Shown: in pieces, positions 12,358 to 26,308 of the stretch | Position numbering within the stretch: the first letter of the stretch is position 1 | Layout: every line of letters begins with the position of its first letter | Position numbers and translations under genes: made by a program | From: Amoebophrya sp. A120 | Lineage: Eukaryota > Protista > Dinoflagellata | DNA: 64,000 nt | Direction: 5' to 3' | Assembly (NCBI GenBank): GCA_905178155.1 | Contig: CAJINV010000001.1 | Coordinates: 10,383,432 to 10,447,431 of the forward strand | Notes under the pieces: model-generated | The model's database searches: none | Seen by the model: the letters and a program-made list of their open reading frames with translations, nothing else | Told to the model about the DNA's origin: nothing

Positions 12358-13075
12358 GAATGCATTTTCATTTTGATTCTTTTCCACGACAACTTCACAT
12401 CTTCGACGGACTTTTCCTGACGTGCGCAAGAACAACTCACATGCAAATGCATTCATCACAACTCATCTTTTTCTTGCGGTGAAGATCCTTCTTCGAGGCA
12501 ATAGGTATGCGGACCGCTAAACCAAGAGCGAGGCAGTTTCTGTCACCGTGTTCGGGAAAGTTTTTTTCTGGGATCGAGGTGGAGATCTTGGAATGGCAAT
12601 GTTGTACCTATGCTCACACAGACATACAGGTGGTAACTCTGTCTTCGAAGTTGTTTTTCAACGGCCTAGCTGGATCTTGATGCTCGAGATGTGGTGTTTG
12701 ATCTTTTTTGTTTGAGAAGATCCGCAGGTGTCAAGAATTGTTCGGTTGATACGAAAATTCACTATCTGGGCACCACAGCAGGAGAAAAGCAAAGGATTAT
12801 GATGCCACGACTTCGGTGACTAGCTCTTGCTTTTTTTTCTTTTCGTGATGTGTATGCGTGTCGACTTCCATACTTTTCGTTCTTCAGACTAGCACTAGGA
12901 TGTCGAGGATAGATGGATGGGTGAAAATGTTTCCTCATGATCGGGCCAACGTGATCATTTTCGTTTGTTCTTTAGCGAAAAACAAGTGGCATTTATCCTT
13001 TGCTCCATTAGTCAAAGCACGTGCGCGCCAGCGTGTCACGAATTATCCTTTTCGCCTTTGTGTATAATTCTCAAA

Positions 13076-15098
13076 ATGGACGATTCGCCTCTGACATTCA
13101 GCGGCAGCGACAACGCTTTATTGCTTGGAGAAGCACAGGACGACGAGCTGGTCGATATTGTGGATCAACTGCGAGCCGAAATTGCACCGGACTATGTTTT
13201 TGAGCAAGTACAAGACGGCCCTTTGTTAAAAACAGCCACGGACAACATGATGGAAGGACTAGAAGGTGCTGACTCGAGTTCGTCTCGCACAGACGATACG
13301 AATACCAAGCCGACGAGTACAACTTCTACGACATTTGCAGACCGTATTTCTTCGCAAGTTGCAGCAACGGAGAAAGTACAATATGCTGCAGCGGCGTCAT
13401 CAGGTGACGCAGAAGCACCGTGGACGACACCCACTAGCAAGAACACATTCTCCGTTCAGTCTGCTCGCGAAATAGTACCGAACAACTCGAGAACAACTAC
13501 AACGGATCGGCCAACGACGACTTCAAGCTCGTCCTCGTCCGCTTCGGCTTACGACGATCTGGAATTGGTGGCTACACTCGACCGGGCCAACCTCGGTCGA
13601 CCCACTCTCGCAGACTACGGACTTGAGAAGTAAGGCATAATTGTGCGAAGATCGGATTTTCATCTAGCTGCCAGCTTTTTAGCTTATAGCCGCTTGATCT
13701 TGAACAAGATCTTCATTATTGATCAAACGATGACTCTGGCATTTCGTCTCTGGAATTCTCCCTGCGGCACGAACATGATGTCGATCTCGATGTTGACAAC
13801 GAGTTTATTTCGTGTACATCTTCAGATTTCTTACCGACGGGCAGCACCCAGCGGCATCGCGCGCGACGAGGTTCGAGCGCATGCTCCGGAATACGTTGAC
13901 TTCCGTTGTCAACCACGCAGCTAGCCCATTGAAGTCCTACAAAACATCCAAGGGTAACAAGAATATTAAAGCCGAAACTATGTCTATGTCTAGTTCAACC
14001 TCCGGCTCGGCGACTCCGCGGACTGCAGGTGAAGGTAGGAAGCCAAGCAAACCCACTAGTTCATCAACTCGTCCAGAGGAAGCAGGTGGCCGCGGCACGG
14101 GACCAAGCAGGAGCGCCGCCGGGGCAAGTACCACCCAGGGAACATCGGCTTCTTCGTCAAACCGCACGTCAACAACTCCGCGAGGTGCTGGGGCCGCCAG
14201 CAGCTCCTCCTGGGTGACATCGTTGGTGACGCCGCGGAAGAGCGGGGCCACTGCTACACGGAATCGCGGTGGAAGGAGTAAAACCCCTGGAGTTGCGACG
14301 ACGCCGCGCGGTGGAGGTCACGCACCAGCAAGCAGCAACGCAACTACAAGCCGCCTGGTGGACACGCTCGTTACGCCCCGTGGTGGAGGCATTCTTGGCG
14401 GACGCTCTTCTGGGCGTAGTGAAGCTGCAGTGAGCAAAAACAGTACTGGTCACGAGAAACACGAATCGGCGACTGGTGCTGCGAGGGCTACAGCGACACC
14501 GGTAGTTCCGAAGACGAAGAGCACGTACCAAAAATCGCACTCGAAGCGAAGCAGCGCGCCGGGTGCTGGCACTGAGCAGGTGGTCGGTCGCTCGAGTGCC
14601 GGTGGTGGTGAAAACAAGCCGATGCTCCTCCGAAAAATGACACCAGTGTACGGAAATGGTGCGAACTCATCGCCGGGGAAAAATAAACAGCTCGATGTAT
14701 GATAAATTTCGGGAATTTCATCTCCATGATAACCAACAAAAACGGTACAACATTCAGATAGATAGAGTGAGTATAGAAGAGCCTCCGTTTCGATGATTTG
14801 TGTGATTTTGGTACACAGGCCACTTCAGTATGTTCGTCTACCTCTAGTTTCACTTTGAATGATGCAAATGCGCCGGAATTCGTTTCTTTCTTATATGTTC
14901 TAGATGTACCTCCTCGTAACTCCAGTAGTTCATTTGCGTTTCAACGGCCTCATGATCTCTATGAACCTCAGCATTCCCAGCGGGTCGCAAACATGCGCTA
15001 GAGGCAGGTCGCGCTTGCGTCTCGCGGAGTTGCAGTCAACCGTCGGCAGCTCGAAGACCATCAGTGTTCAGGATCATGAAAACACGGCCAATGTGTGA
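13076..15098 (+). CDS. Ser/Thr-rich disordered hypothetical protein with repeated T-P-R motifs
   Basis: Exons joined by GT-AG intron 13630-13825 and probably 14697-14903. Frame of the last exon is uncertain. Confidence 0.55.
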
Positions 15099-15670
15099 GT
15101 CACAAGATGTTGCTGGATGGCTGTCACACAGTAACTGAATGCAAGAGGCTGATGGACATTTCAGTGCGTCGCAAAAGTCTTGCACCTCCCAATTCGTGAA
15201 TGTTGTCGTTGTTGATAAAGAAGTCGCGAAAATAGTTAGTCGCTAGATGGTCAGCACAACAAAATGAGACACTACCACCTTTATGTTTATCATCTTTGCC
15301 ATTGCCACAGAAAGTTTTCATCGTCAGATGAACTGCGGTCACCAGCAGGACGCTGCCTCTATCAGCCCACGCGCATTGGATTGTGCATATAGTTGGAACT
15401 GGAAGTAAGTAGGTACCTCAGCATGCTCAGCTCAGCCAAGAAAAAGAGCAATAGATAAATCCTTGTTGAATTAGCTTTCGCAGGGCCGGAAATACAAATT
15501 GATCTAGTGTTATCAAAATCAATCTAGAATTAGCCGCAGAAAAGCTAGTGCGCATGGCCCCGGGTAGGAATTGTCACAGTTGTTGCCCCTGAAGACTCAA
15601 TCCTTGCCTGCACGCGACGGACTCACAGGCTCATTCTGACTACGCACATTGCACCTTCTGCGGCAAAGAG

Positions 15671-18600
15671 ATGCAGGGTGGCAGCAATGCGAAGCGCAGC
15701 ACAACGCTGCAGGCATTTTCGCTGAAGGGACTTCAGCTGCGCCCCAAAGCCTTGAAGGCGGTGATGAAGGGTCTGGCCGCTGCGGAGGATTACGACAAAC
15801 AGGTCAAACTCTTCGCCGAAGCCTGCAAACAGCACCTTCGACGGGCGACGACGCGGACGGTAAATTCTATCTAATTCGATATTCGTTCTTGGTGTTGCAG
15901 AAAAACCATCTCTGACATTGGTTGATTTTGAAGTTCGAAAGCCACAAACTCACTAAAATAAACAGGGATTTGCTTTCACCCGCTTCTGCGTTGTCATGCG
16001 GAAGTGACGCAAATCCAAACTCGCACTCTAATTCCACTTCCATGTTGATCTCCATCTGACATCAAAAAAGTGAAAGTCCACCACATACTTGCTCAGACGT
16101 TCGTCGAGGAGAACATGGTGAACGAGCTGCTGAATACATTTCAACTGCAGCAGCAGGCAGCGACGGACCCGGACGACCCGATGGACGTCGATGGCAGTGC
16201 TGCCGCAGCTGCAGGAAGCAGCGGGAACAAACAAGGCAATAACCAAGGCAGTAACGAACCCAGCAGTAGAGTTCTGGCCAAAGTGCAGGCCGGCACGTCC
16301 GCAAGCTCGTCCTCTTCCGCGGTCCCCCCGCCCATGTTTGCTCCCCCACCCGGAGCCGCAGCCGCGCAGCTTGGGCTGATGAATAACAAAGGTGTGCAGG
16401 ACATGGAGATAGAAAACGACGCGTTGAACGCCAGTACCATGGCGAACAAAGCGGGGCTCAATACCACGATGGAGTCCATTCCGAACGCCCGACAAGAGCT
16501 GCTGGAGCAAGAGCGGAACAAATTTGCGCACCTAGGAGACGGCATTGCGGTCTACAACGTGTTCAAAGACACCCCCGTGATGGAGTACAACACGAGCACG
16601 CACACGTTTCAGGTGTCCACCAGCTTCAAACCGACCCTGTTTCCAGACGCCGACCGGCGCCCGCGCATGATGCAGGAGCGCCAGCACGTGTGCGAGTCGC
16701 AGCTGTACCACCGAAACAAGGCCGCGGTAGAGTTGAAACGGAAGGCAAAAGCGCTGAACTTGAAGCTACCAAAGGGGAAGGACCTGCTGAAGGAAGTGCC
16801 GCAAATGCAGTACTACCCCTCCTCACACGAGTTCACGAACAAACAGCAAATCTGTCGCGGACAGACCAACCTGTACGAAATTTTGATTCCCGTAATACCC
16901 CGAGCGAGCCACCACTCGCGCCGGATCGAGTCGGATGATCCGAAGGACATACGCGACCCGATACCACCCGGCACCACAGTGGCAATTTGCGAGTGGTACT
17001 TCGCTAAGACTGAGAGCCGCCTGAAGTTCATGGTGACCTGTTTGAATACAAAATAGTAGATCTGCACGATTGATGAGATTGGACTCAGCCTGTGTGATGC
17101 TTTTTGTAACGACGCATGATCGCCCACGTTTTCAGGTACACCTCCGCCCACGATAAGCCGGAATGGTACCTGAAGCTGCAGAAACTGCCGAACAGCAAGC
17201 AGGAGGGGTGGATTCCCTACCGTGCAAGCATTGCCGGCGTCGAACAGGACACGGTAAAGCCGCGGGGCGAGCCAGACAAGTGCATGATTACTTGCGTCGA
17301 GAGCCTGGTGGGCAACTACGGTCACAAAATCACCTTCGGTCTTCTGGTGGAGGCACCAAACGCCGGGTCGAGCAGCTCCAGCTCCGGCATGCACGGAAGG
17401 AGGTATGCGCTGCAGGAAGGGAGAAAGCGGATCGAGCTGAATCTGAAGCACTTTGCCCAGGCGGACGAACTGATCATCCACGGTGGCTTCTACGTCGTGG
17501 AAGGCATCGTGGACAATGAGCACGGAATTTTGCACGTGTGCAAGATGTGGAATCCGCCAATCACCGAAACAAAGACGTATTTTGTCGTTTTGACGACGAG
17601 GAAAAAGTGATTCCTTCACCCTGTTTTGAGCTTGTGTGTTTCTTTCACTTTCATCTTAGGGGAAAAAAATTGAAGAAAACATTCCACAACAGTCCCATCC
17701 AGCCGGGTTCGAAGAAGCGCAAGCGTATTCCGGACGCGATAAACCACTTTGGCGGGAATATCACGCTCGAGGATTTGAAGTATTTGACGAAGATTGAGGA
17801 AATGGAGGACGCGGAGAAGCAGCTGGACTGCAATCGCCACCTGGTGGACGCGCGACTCCGCTACGAGCGGGAGTACTACGTCCTCATGGCCGACGTGAAT
17901 TTCGACGACCCGAACACGTTCGAGATGCTCGCCGTGGTGTTTGACCGGTTCGAGGACTCTGAGCATCAGCCGCACTACATCCTGATGGGCAAGTTCCGCG
18001 CCCCGGACCACTACTTCGATCCGCGCATGGAGAACACGGTGCACACGTGGAAGGACAAGCTGCTCCACTTGAGCACCCTCCTCGCCAGCCACGAGCACAC
18101 CCGGAAAAAGCGCATCATCATCGTGCCGGACTCGTCGGACCACTGCGGGCACCCCGATTTTTTCCCGCTGCCCCCGATGGAGACCTACGGTGTGCAGTTC
18201 CGCGAGAACGTCATTTTCGCGAGCAACCCCTGCCGCATCCGGCACTACGGGAAACAGATCGTCATCTGTCGGAACGACGTATGGAAGGAACTGCGCGAGG
18301 CCGAGTGCGTGCCCTTCCGCGACCAGGGTGATCCCACGAGGCGGTTTGACGCTATCGCGCACTACCTGCTGGCACAGGCGCATTTATTTCCCGTACTGCC
18401 GGTGGCACATAGGAACACGCTCATCGGGTATGCATTGCTTTTCTCTTCTCGTGGCGATTGTTTTCATGACACTTGTTTTGCTGCTGCAGGTAAACTGATG
18501 TCGCTTTCATGGAAGGCGAAACTAAAGTAAATGTACATGCATCTGCAGTTGTACGATGAGGACGTATGCACTTCTACTACACAGGTTCGACCATGGCTTG

Positions 18601-18807
18601 CGGATGTACCCACCGCCTGACTTGCTGCTTCTCTCCTCGGGCATGTGGCGAACGCACATCTCGAAACCCCAGGCAGACACGGAAGTGTTGTTTCTCGGTG
18701 CGTTCACGCAGCGATCGCAGTGGGGCTTCTACACCTACAACCCGGCACCGGATGTGCTCGTGGACGGTGCGGAAACGCTCACCTACTGCTCTGCTGCGGA
18801 AGTGTAG
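15671..18807 (+). CDS. POLE2: DNA polymerase epsilon subunit B
   Basis: Motifs AFSLKGLQL, GFYVVEG, NPPITE, NHFGG, ILMGKF, SNPCRIRHYGKQIVICRND, QAHLFP and FDHGLRMYPPPDLLLL. GT-AG introns 15860-16096, 16996-17135, 17577-17692 and 18428-18584 keep the frame. Confidence 0.92.
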
Positions 18808-19417
18808 CGGGTATAGCGCGCAGGTGCAGATGCAGTCTCGCCCATGGACACAATAAAGACATGACATTCATTGTAACTTATGTTGCAGAACCAAAAAGAA
18901 GCAATAAGATAGCGCACAGGCTGTCAGACTGGCCCTTTGTTTTGTCAACTGCACGACTACATGAGAAAACTGTGTAAATGTTCGAGCTCGAAGTTCTTGC
19001 CTCGCGTATGTTTTCGTTTCATCCTGCAACCACTTCCAGCATCGGATCGTTTTTTCATTCCGTATTTTTGGTATTCGTTTTTTCGCGCAGTGAGTTCTGC
19101 TTCTTGCATAATGACAAGCATAAACTCAACCAGAAGTGCAAGAGACCCTGAGAGTGAAAAATCAAAGTCGTCATTCTTGTCGAAAAAGAAAAAACTGACT
19201 TCAAATTGTCGCAAATCGGCCAGGAAGCAAATCGTTTTTCGTTGTCGTCCTACCTTCCCTGTTCGAACCCGAAAAGGATCATTGCATAATTTCCACACGC
19301 CCCCTTTAGATTAAGAGCGTTTTGCAGTTGTTTCCTGCTTGTTTTTTGAAGAGACGTCGTCATATTTCACTTCGCATTTGCTGTTGCTTTCCAAAGAGGC
19401 CAACAAGCAGAAAGTTC

Positions 19418-21469
19418 ATGTCCGAACAGAAGGAGAAGCCTTTGGCGGAGCAGCCAACGCCCGCTGTCAAACCCACGCTGGACGAAGATGAAGATCTCAA
19501 GAAGCCGCTTCGCCTGCGAAACTTCACAGGGACGGAGCATACCCTGCTCGTGGACCCGAACAAAGTGAAGCAGATCCGGGACATCTACGGCCCAGAGTTC
19601 CTCTCCCTATTCTTCGACGCGGAGCGGGATCTCTTTCCACCCACGTCCCTTGTCAAGTGGATTCAAGTGCGGGAATATGTGGGAAGTGCCGAAATTCGTG
19701 ATGCAGATGAGAGCAGTCCGCTCGGCGAGAAGTCGGAAGGCAGTCAGCAAGACTTCAGCTTCGACGAGGATCACGACATGGACATCGTGGTGGGGGGCTT
19801 GTCGTCCTCCACGGACGCACTCCCAACTGATGAAAGAGCTCCGCCAACAACCACCCACACCATTGGCCGCGCGCCATCTAGCGCAAGCGACCAGAGTCCT
19901 ATCGTGGAACGGAATCTTCATGCAAGTGCTGTGAATCAGACTCAGAGTCAGGCTCAGGGCCAAGAGCTGCTGCACACGGACGCCGCGACCACCAACAGCG
20001 ACAAATCGCCAGCCGGTTCCGCGGACGATTGTTTTCTTCATCCTGACGCGAAGTTAGATTTCGCACCTACGGTTACGTACCAGTTCGCAATCGTCAGAAG
20101 TTCGCACAAGTGTCTCGCGTATCGTCCGGAAGATTACAGTGGAGAGGACGATAAGGATGACCCCCGGATTCAGATATTAAGTCCTGCTAGAAGAAGGAGA
20201 AACGCGTGGAGACAGCACGTCCGTGAGACCCTCAACAACAGCGTGCGATCCGTGGAAGACGCCCGCGCCTTCATTTACGACCAAAGATACCTCGATCTTG
20301 AAGACCCTTGCCGAGCAAAGCCGGAAGATGACCTCCGCGCTTGTGTTCCCTTTTCCTACGAGCTAGTCGCCGGACACCGCACTTGCAAATTGCTCGCCAT
20401 TAGTCCCTGGGCGGACCCACACCCCGCGGAAGATCATTACGCCTATTTGTGGAACGTGTGGCGAGCGGTGATCGAAATGCCGGTGACGGAGTGGAAGAAG
20501 CACCAGCGTCAAACTTCCCAAGCACAGTTTAGTCTTCGTGATTTCAATGATGTTCACGCCTTTCCGGCTTCCCACCGGAGTGCTTTCTGCTTGATGGTAG
20601 CAAACAAAGTAGTCATCCATGCGCCGGATTACTCCGGGCACTATGACGAAAGGACCCATGACTTTCCAGACGGGGTGACGCAGGCGGACCTCGTGCAGCT
20701 CTTGGACCAATCACTGCAGATTGCAGGTGAAGCCGTAACTCCAGCCGACGCAGCAGTCTTGTACGCTCGTTTGCTGGCTTGGAAAACGACTAGACCTGGA
20801 GGCGGAGCTGGACGTGGAAGAGTTCTTGACAGCGAGGAACCCCTGTTCTCCTCTCGCTGGAAGCGCGTTTTCGGAGCCGGCTTCGAGGAAGAGACTAAGG
20901 CCTTAATTTTCAGTCCCAAGCGAGATTACGCTCGAGTGATACTCAAGCACGTCGTGCAGAAAGGCAAGGAGGTTGCAGTTCCTGCCTTCTTTGCTACTCT
21001 TGAAGCGGAGTACATTGGGAAGACAGCACTGCTGAAAAAATTTTGGGGAAACAAATTCGATCGAGACGACCACTTTGGCTCCAGTTTTGCGGACGAATTC
21101 TTAGACCCCATTGTCGCTCGCGGTCCCGGACCAGCAAAGGCAATTCGAAGGACACTTACGGTGGACATACGCACCCCCGTGTTTCGCTTTCTCGGGTACT
21201 GCCGGGAGCTCCAGGAGATGCTGAACAAGGACTTGGCTGTGAGTTACGACATGAAGCACATTATGCACCCCCTGGAGCGAATTTCCGATGCGTTTCTGAA
21301 AAGAAGAGACATTTTGGAAGAACTCGACGAAGCTGGCATTTTAGCGCTCATGCGTACCCGATTCGACAAAATGACACGGCCGACAGCTCCGGAATGGCTA
21401 GAGGGGAAGACGCTTCAATGGTCAGACATCCAAACGGCCCTCTGCGACGTCTTCAAGCCCAAGTCGTAA
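19418..21469 (+). CDS. Hypothetical protein (~683 aa), intronless
   Basis: Long ORF with coding-like composition. ATG at 19418. Confidence 0.75.
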   Translation: MSEQKEKPLAEQPTPAVKPTLDEDEDLKKPLRLRNFTGTEHTLLVDPNKVKQIRDIYGPEFLSLFFDAERDLFPPTSLVKWIQVREYVGSAEIRDADESSPLGEKSEGSQQDFSFDEDHDMDIVVGGLSSSTDALPTDERAPPTTTHTIGRAPSSASDQSPIVERNLHASAVNQTQSQAQGQELLHTDAATTNSDKSPAGSADDCFLHPDAKLDFAPTVTYQFAIVRSSHKCLAYRPEDYSGEDDKDDPRIQILSPARRRRNAWRQHVRETLNNSVRSVEDARAFIYDQRYLDLEDPCRAKPEDDLRACVPFSYELVAGHRTCKLLAISPWADPHPAEDHYAYLWNVWRAVIEMPVTEWKKHQRQTSQAQFSLRDFNDVHAFPASHRSAFCLMVANKVVIHAPDYSGHYDERTHDFPDGVTQADLVQLLDQSLQIAGEAVTPADAAVLYARLLAWKTTRPGGGAGRGRVLDSEEPLFSSRWKRVFGAGFEEETKALIFSPKRDYARVILKHVVQKGKEVAVPAFFATLEAEYIGKTALLKKFWGNKFDRDDHFGSSFADEFLDPIVARGPGPAKAIRRTLTVDIRTPVFRFLGYCRELQEMLNKDLAVSYDMKHIMHPLERISDAFLKRRDILEELDEAGILALMRTRFDKMTRPTAPEWLEGKTLQWSDIQTALCDVFKPKS

Positions 21470-22727
21470 ATCGGGAGGGCTGTGTGGTGTTTTCGCGGGC
21501 GTTCGTAGTTGTTTTCTCCGTCGTCTTGCGATTGCTCCGCGGCAAGTACCTTTCGGAATCGAACTCGGCTGCTTTTTGACTTGAAAGAAAAGCATCTCCA
21601 TCTTCTGACCCTGCACGGAGTTGTATTCCGAAATCAAAGCAGGCCAGGTTCAGGTTGTTGTACTTCCAGTCAATAGACAAGAAGACGACGCAATAAACCT
21701 AAACAAAGTAGAGGAGCTTTCTTTTGTCTCTTGCTGTTCCTGTTTGTCAACACTTTCCTCGTACGATGGATCCTGCCACAAGGAAGTGCGACACTGGTTG
21801 AACACAAAATCAAAATCGCAACATTCACGTTGCGGTTGTGTATTCAGCTCCTTCGGACCGTTTGTCATATCTTGTGAAGGACGTTTTCGTTTTTTTTGAC
21901 TTTCATTTTTGGCGGAAGCACGAAGAGGAAGGTTAGATGCTACCGCGAGTGGTCGTGTGTGTGTGATATTCTGGAACAACCGTTTGTCTTTGTGGCATCT
22001 AGAATGTGTGTTGAGCTTGCCGATCAAGGTCTGTTTCTTTTTTTCTTTTCGCAAAGAACTGTGATCATAGATATCGCGCGACCACCTTTATGTGACAGTT
22101 GCCTCTCCTTTTGTGGTCTCCGTTATTTCTAAAGGATCAAGCCTTTTTGAAATGCGAAACGTGTCAGCAGGCAGGATCAGGAAGATTATCCGCAACACCC
22201 AGCCTTTCCTTGTTTAGTTTTACAGTCAAAGACAATCACAATAGTTTTCGTTGTTGTCATAGCAACTTCCGAAATTTTCTTGCTGCTGTTTGCGAAAACG
22301 AAATTTTCAATTGATATTTTTTCCTGCGAGGTCTTCTTTTCTGTTTTTATTGCTATTGGCACACATACCGCAAGCGCAACCCTGCTGCATTCAAGGCGGC
22401 CGGGTAGCATATGGATATTGAATTTTCATTCGGCCGACTCTTGTATATTCTTTTTTTTTTTTAATTGACATTTGCACTTTGTTTTTTTCTCTTCTGACTA
22501 CAACGTGTTGTTCGGCGTTGCCGACCTCTACATAGGCAGAGACTTCGTGGACCAGCTGCCTTCATACTCATTGGGTTGCTCGACCTCGACGGACTTCATC
22601 TTCTAACAGACGGGACTAAAAGCCAGCACGACGTTTTGGAGGAGCATACCACGACCACCCTCAACAAGCAGTGCAACCGACAGAGCAGTAGCTCTTTTTC
22701 TTTGTGCAGAAATTATAAGGCGCGGCG

Positions 22728-25700
22728 ATGCTACCTTCTTCTCAGTCCTCCTCTTCAGCGTCCGCTTCAGCTTCGTCGAGTGCGCAGGCCGCGGCTGCAT
22801 CGCAGCACCAGGGCCGTGATCAAGCAAAAGGAGGCGAGGATGACTTTCTCTTGCCGCACAAACACCCGTTGGTCGAAGATCTCCCGGCGGGAATTAAAGG
22901 GTATAGAATAGCTGAGTGCTGTAAATAGTTAGGTGTTGATTTTGGTCGTCCGACGCCAGCAACAGTTTGCTATGACCAGTGCACTTGCAACGCCGTGAAC
23001 TCGATCGATCAGAAATGATTCCGGATTCGGCGTTTTGTGAACATGAACTAGATTGGCATTGAGATCCTCGCTGCTCCGCTTCCGGATTTGGAAGAAAATA
23101 TTGCATGGAACAATGATGTAATACTCTCACAATCTGCAGCTTCCTTCTTGAACATATTCACTACAGCCACGCTTTTTTTGCGCGCGAGAAGAGGTTTATT
23201 CCAATTTACGTTCCCTTCCTGACGCGAGAAATCGAAGCAACGTGAACTTCGTAAACAAGCTGTCCAAGTTCGATTTCCTCACCACCAAGGCAGATAACAC
23301 TGCGAATGGACAAGTCTACGCAGCGGTACTTGAGTCTCATTCCGGTGCGACGTGCCACGTCGCAGTGAAAACCTTCCGAAATCCCTTCAAAGGCGCTTTG
23401 GATGATGAAAAAAAGCAAAAGGCGAAGGAACAGGCCGATGTGGAGGACCGCGTTGAGGAGGACGACGACGAGGACGAGGACGACGAAGAAAATAAGAAAG
23501 GTACAATGAGGATTCATCTGATATAGCAGCCTCTTGCTAGTCCTCTCCTAGTATTCCGAAAAAAATAAAAAAATGCCAGAACCAAAAGTAGTCAGATGAG
23601 GACGATCATCGACGCTGCAACTATGTAGACACAGACAAAGAAGAGAAATTGCTAACCTGATCGATACACGGCGTTCTGTTACGTGCGTTCAACTTTGTTC
23701 TTTTCCAGATGGCGACGACCATACCCGGATGCTGACGGAAATCGACTTCGCGTCGGCACTGTCGTTGGGAAAGGCCGGGGGTAATCCCGCTGGCTTTTTC
23801 TTTGCTCAACCCGTCGCGGTGTGGACCAGCGCAGACGTTTACCCAAAAAGAATACGGATCGCAGACGTCGACCAGACGGATCGCTATGCCAAGCGTCGTG
23901 ACTTGCCATCCCAGGTCTGCGTTGCCTTTCGGAAAGAGGCTCCACCTCCAACTGCTGTCTTCGAAAAGGGTTCCAGCACGGTCGAAACTGCGACTCGGTA
24001 CTGTTCGTAGCGATGAAGTGATAACGTATAAATTTACCTTCAAAAAAGTGCAGCATGGGGATTCTTGATTCGTTTTTGTTTGTTTTCCTCCTATTCTCGA
24101 CTGGAAAGTGCCCAGACAGTTTTCCTCGCAGAAAACTCGACAGTGCCCAGACAGTATCTCGCCCACCTAGAGGCAAGCACCAATGTTGTTTTCCTCGTAT
24201 TCCATACTTCTTTTCGCACTTGTTAGTTCCTATGTGTTGTGGCCCTGAAGACGCCTTTCTTCTGCCCTAGTACGGTCGCATATCGATACGCAATGGATTC
24301 CTGTTGCAGGTATCTTGCTGGGATCATATTGACGTGCGCCGCAGCAATCGAGTTCTTCACCAACCACGACAAAACCGACTTCTTCATCGTGGTCATGCGT
24401 GACCTGAAGATCGGTAACATTCTGCAAGCCGGCGAGCGTGCGCAGGAACTCTTGACGCCCGAGGAGCGCCAACGGCTTACCGTGATGGACGGCCAGATCG
24501 AGCTTCCTCATTTAGTCCATTGCGACTTCGCGTGCTATAAGGAGCTGAAAGTGCCGCAGACCGGAACGAAGCGGGGACTCATAAAAAGAAACCAAGCTTC
24601 GAAAGAAGCGGAAACGGGGTCAACTTTTAATGCCGCGCCGGAATTCCTGGAAAATGACAATGATGAGACAGAGAAAAACCGGAAGCCGTGGCTCGGGCCG
24701 AAATCCGATTGCTACTCCATGGGAAAAATCCTCTTAGCGGCGGTGCACACTTTCGTCTCCGAAGCAGAGGATTTTGACGAAGTAAGTGAAGACGTGCAGG
24801 AGGCCCCTGTCAATGCTAGGTATTTTGCCCGCGCCTTATGGGCAAAAGGCAACCTGCCGCAAGTCTGCAAGGAACTCGGTGGTGAGGACCTCGAGCGGTA
24901 TTTTTTTATGTCAAATTACAATTGCTTAAAAAAGCTACTTCTCCACCAATACATAAAGATTCCAGCAGGTGGTCTCCTCGGGATACTTATCTACATCTAG
25001 CCGGAATTGGCTTCTTGTTACGGGGAAGGGGTCATCTTTCGCCATTTGGCTTTGCGAACAAAAGTCTTACTTCTTGCTACATCAAAAATAGAAGCATTGT
25101 AAATTATTCTTTGTTTTGTAGGCATGAAAAATTGAATAAGCAAAACAACCCTGCAGTTTCGCCAAACGGGTGATCGCAAACCCATACAACCCGCTGCAAG
25201 ATGAGGTGCTGGACGAGGCTGTGAAGAAGAAACTCGACGCCAAAGCCAAGGAAGTGGCAAAAAATGTGAAAACGTTTGTCCAGATGAAAGTGGAGGATGA
25301 TGCCACATGCAAAGACGAAGTGGCAAAGCTGAAGTCAGCTGTGGTCACGATCCTTGTGAAGAGCCTCGCAATCGAAATGACCGATCGCCCCGGTCCGGAG
25401 GAAATCTTTGACGGTTTGCAGGTACGTACCTGTAATTGTAAGCTACTTACTAGATTAACTCATTCACGGATGTCATGCTATTGTTCCTTTGCACTGCTAC
25501 TATCTCACCTTTGCGTCGTCCCTGTGCATGCACCAGAAATAGAAGGCTGCTAAGACCAACACACTCCCTTTTCGTCGGCCGCAGCGAGTCGAAAGCGGCA
25601 CGAAGAAATCAGTTTTTGACTACGTGCACGACGGGTACTCCCCGTATTACTGTTTTTCTTTCGTTCTTTCCAGGTATCCGAAACTTTGACACGGGAGCTT

Positions 25701-26072
25701 CCAGCTATGAAAGAATACCTCGATTTAGTACGAAACTCGGCTGTTGCGGAGAAAGACAGGTCTGTGCCGGCTCTGCGAATCAAACTCGCGAAATCACTTG
25801 CGGTGCTTAACGAAAACGGGGGTGGCTACTTCACCAACAAGTTGTCGACGGCGCCCTCTCAAAAGGTTTTCCCTTTCTCCGAACCGCCCCCTGGTGATAG
25901 TAGGGAGAATACTTTCCCTTTCGTCAGCAAGACAAACAAGCGCAAGTCAACTAACTCCAACAAGAATTTTTACGACATGAATGACGATGACGAGGATGAC
26001 TCCCCGGGAAAGCAAGCAGAAATAAGACGGACCGCCGCATTGATAAGAAAAAGAAATCAAAACTTGAAGTAA
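22728..26072 (+). CDS. Divergent Ser/Thr protein kinase
   Basis: VAVKTF, alphaC Glu (MLTEID), MRDLKIGN, CDFA, GSTFNAAPEF, KSDCYSMG and DRP motifs spread over exons joined by GT-AG introns. Confidence 0.8.
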
Positions 26073-26308
26073 AAAAATACAAGCGAAGATGAAACTCCAG
26101 TCCGTGCAATCAGTATCACTGCTGTACCTACTGAATACAAAATCAACATCAAGCAGAGTTTGTACCTTGATTTTCCAATACGTCGCTACGCTCCCGCTCG
26201 AGCTGCCTCGTCTGGTTTTTAAAGTTCAAGGTGGCATGCATCAACTCTTTTTTCAATGTCCACTACGGCCGAATCGACTTTCAGTTGTGATTTCTCTAGG
26301 GATAACGG

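Noticed and set aside
14694-14908. GATGTA direct repeat suggesting a non-canonical intron
   Set aside because: No inverted repeats, and canonical intron 14697-14903 also gives an open frame. Cannot be decided without RNA data.
15860-16096. Apparent non-canonical junction or frameshift in POLE2 intron 1
   Set aside because: A canonical phase-0 acceptor at 16096 resolves it.
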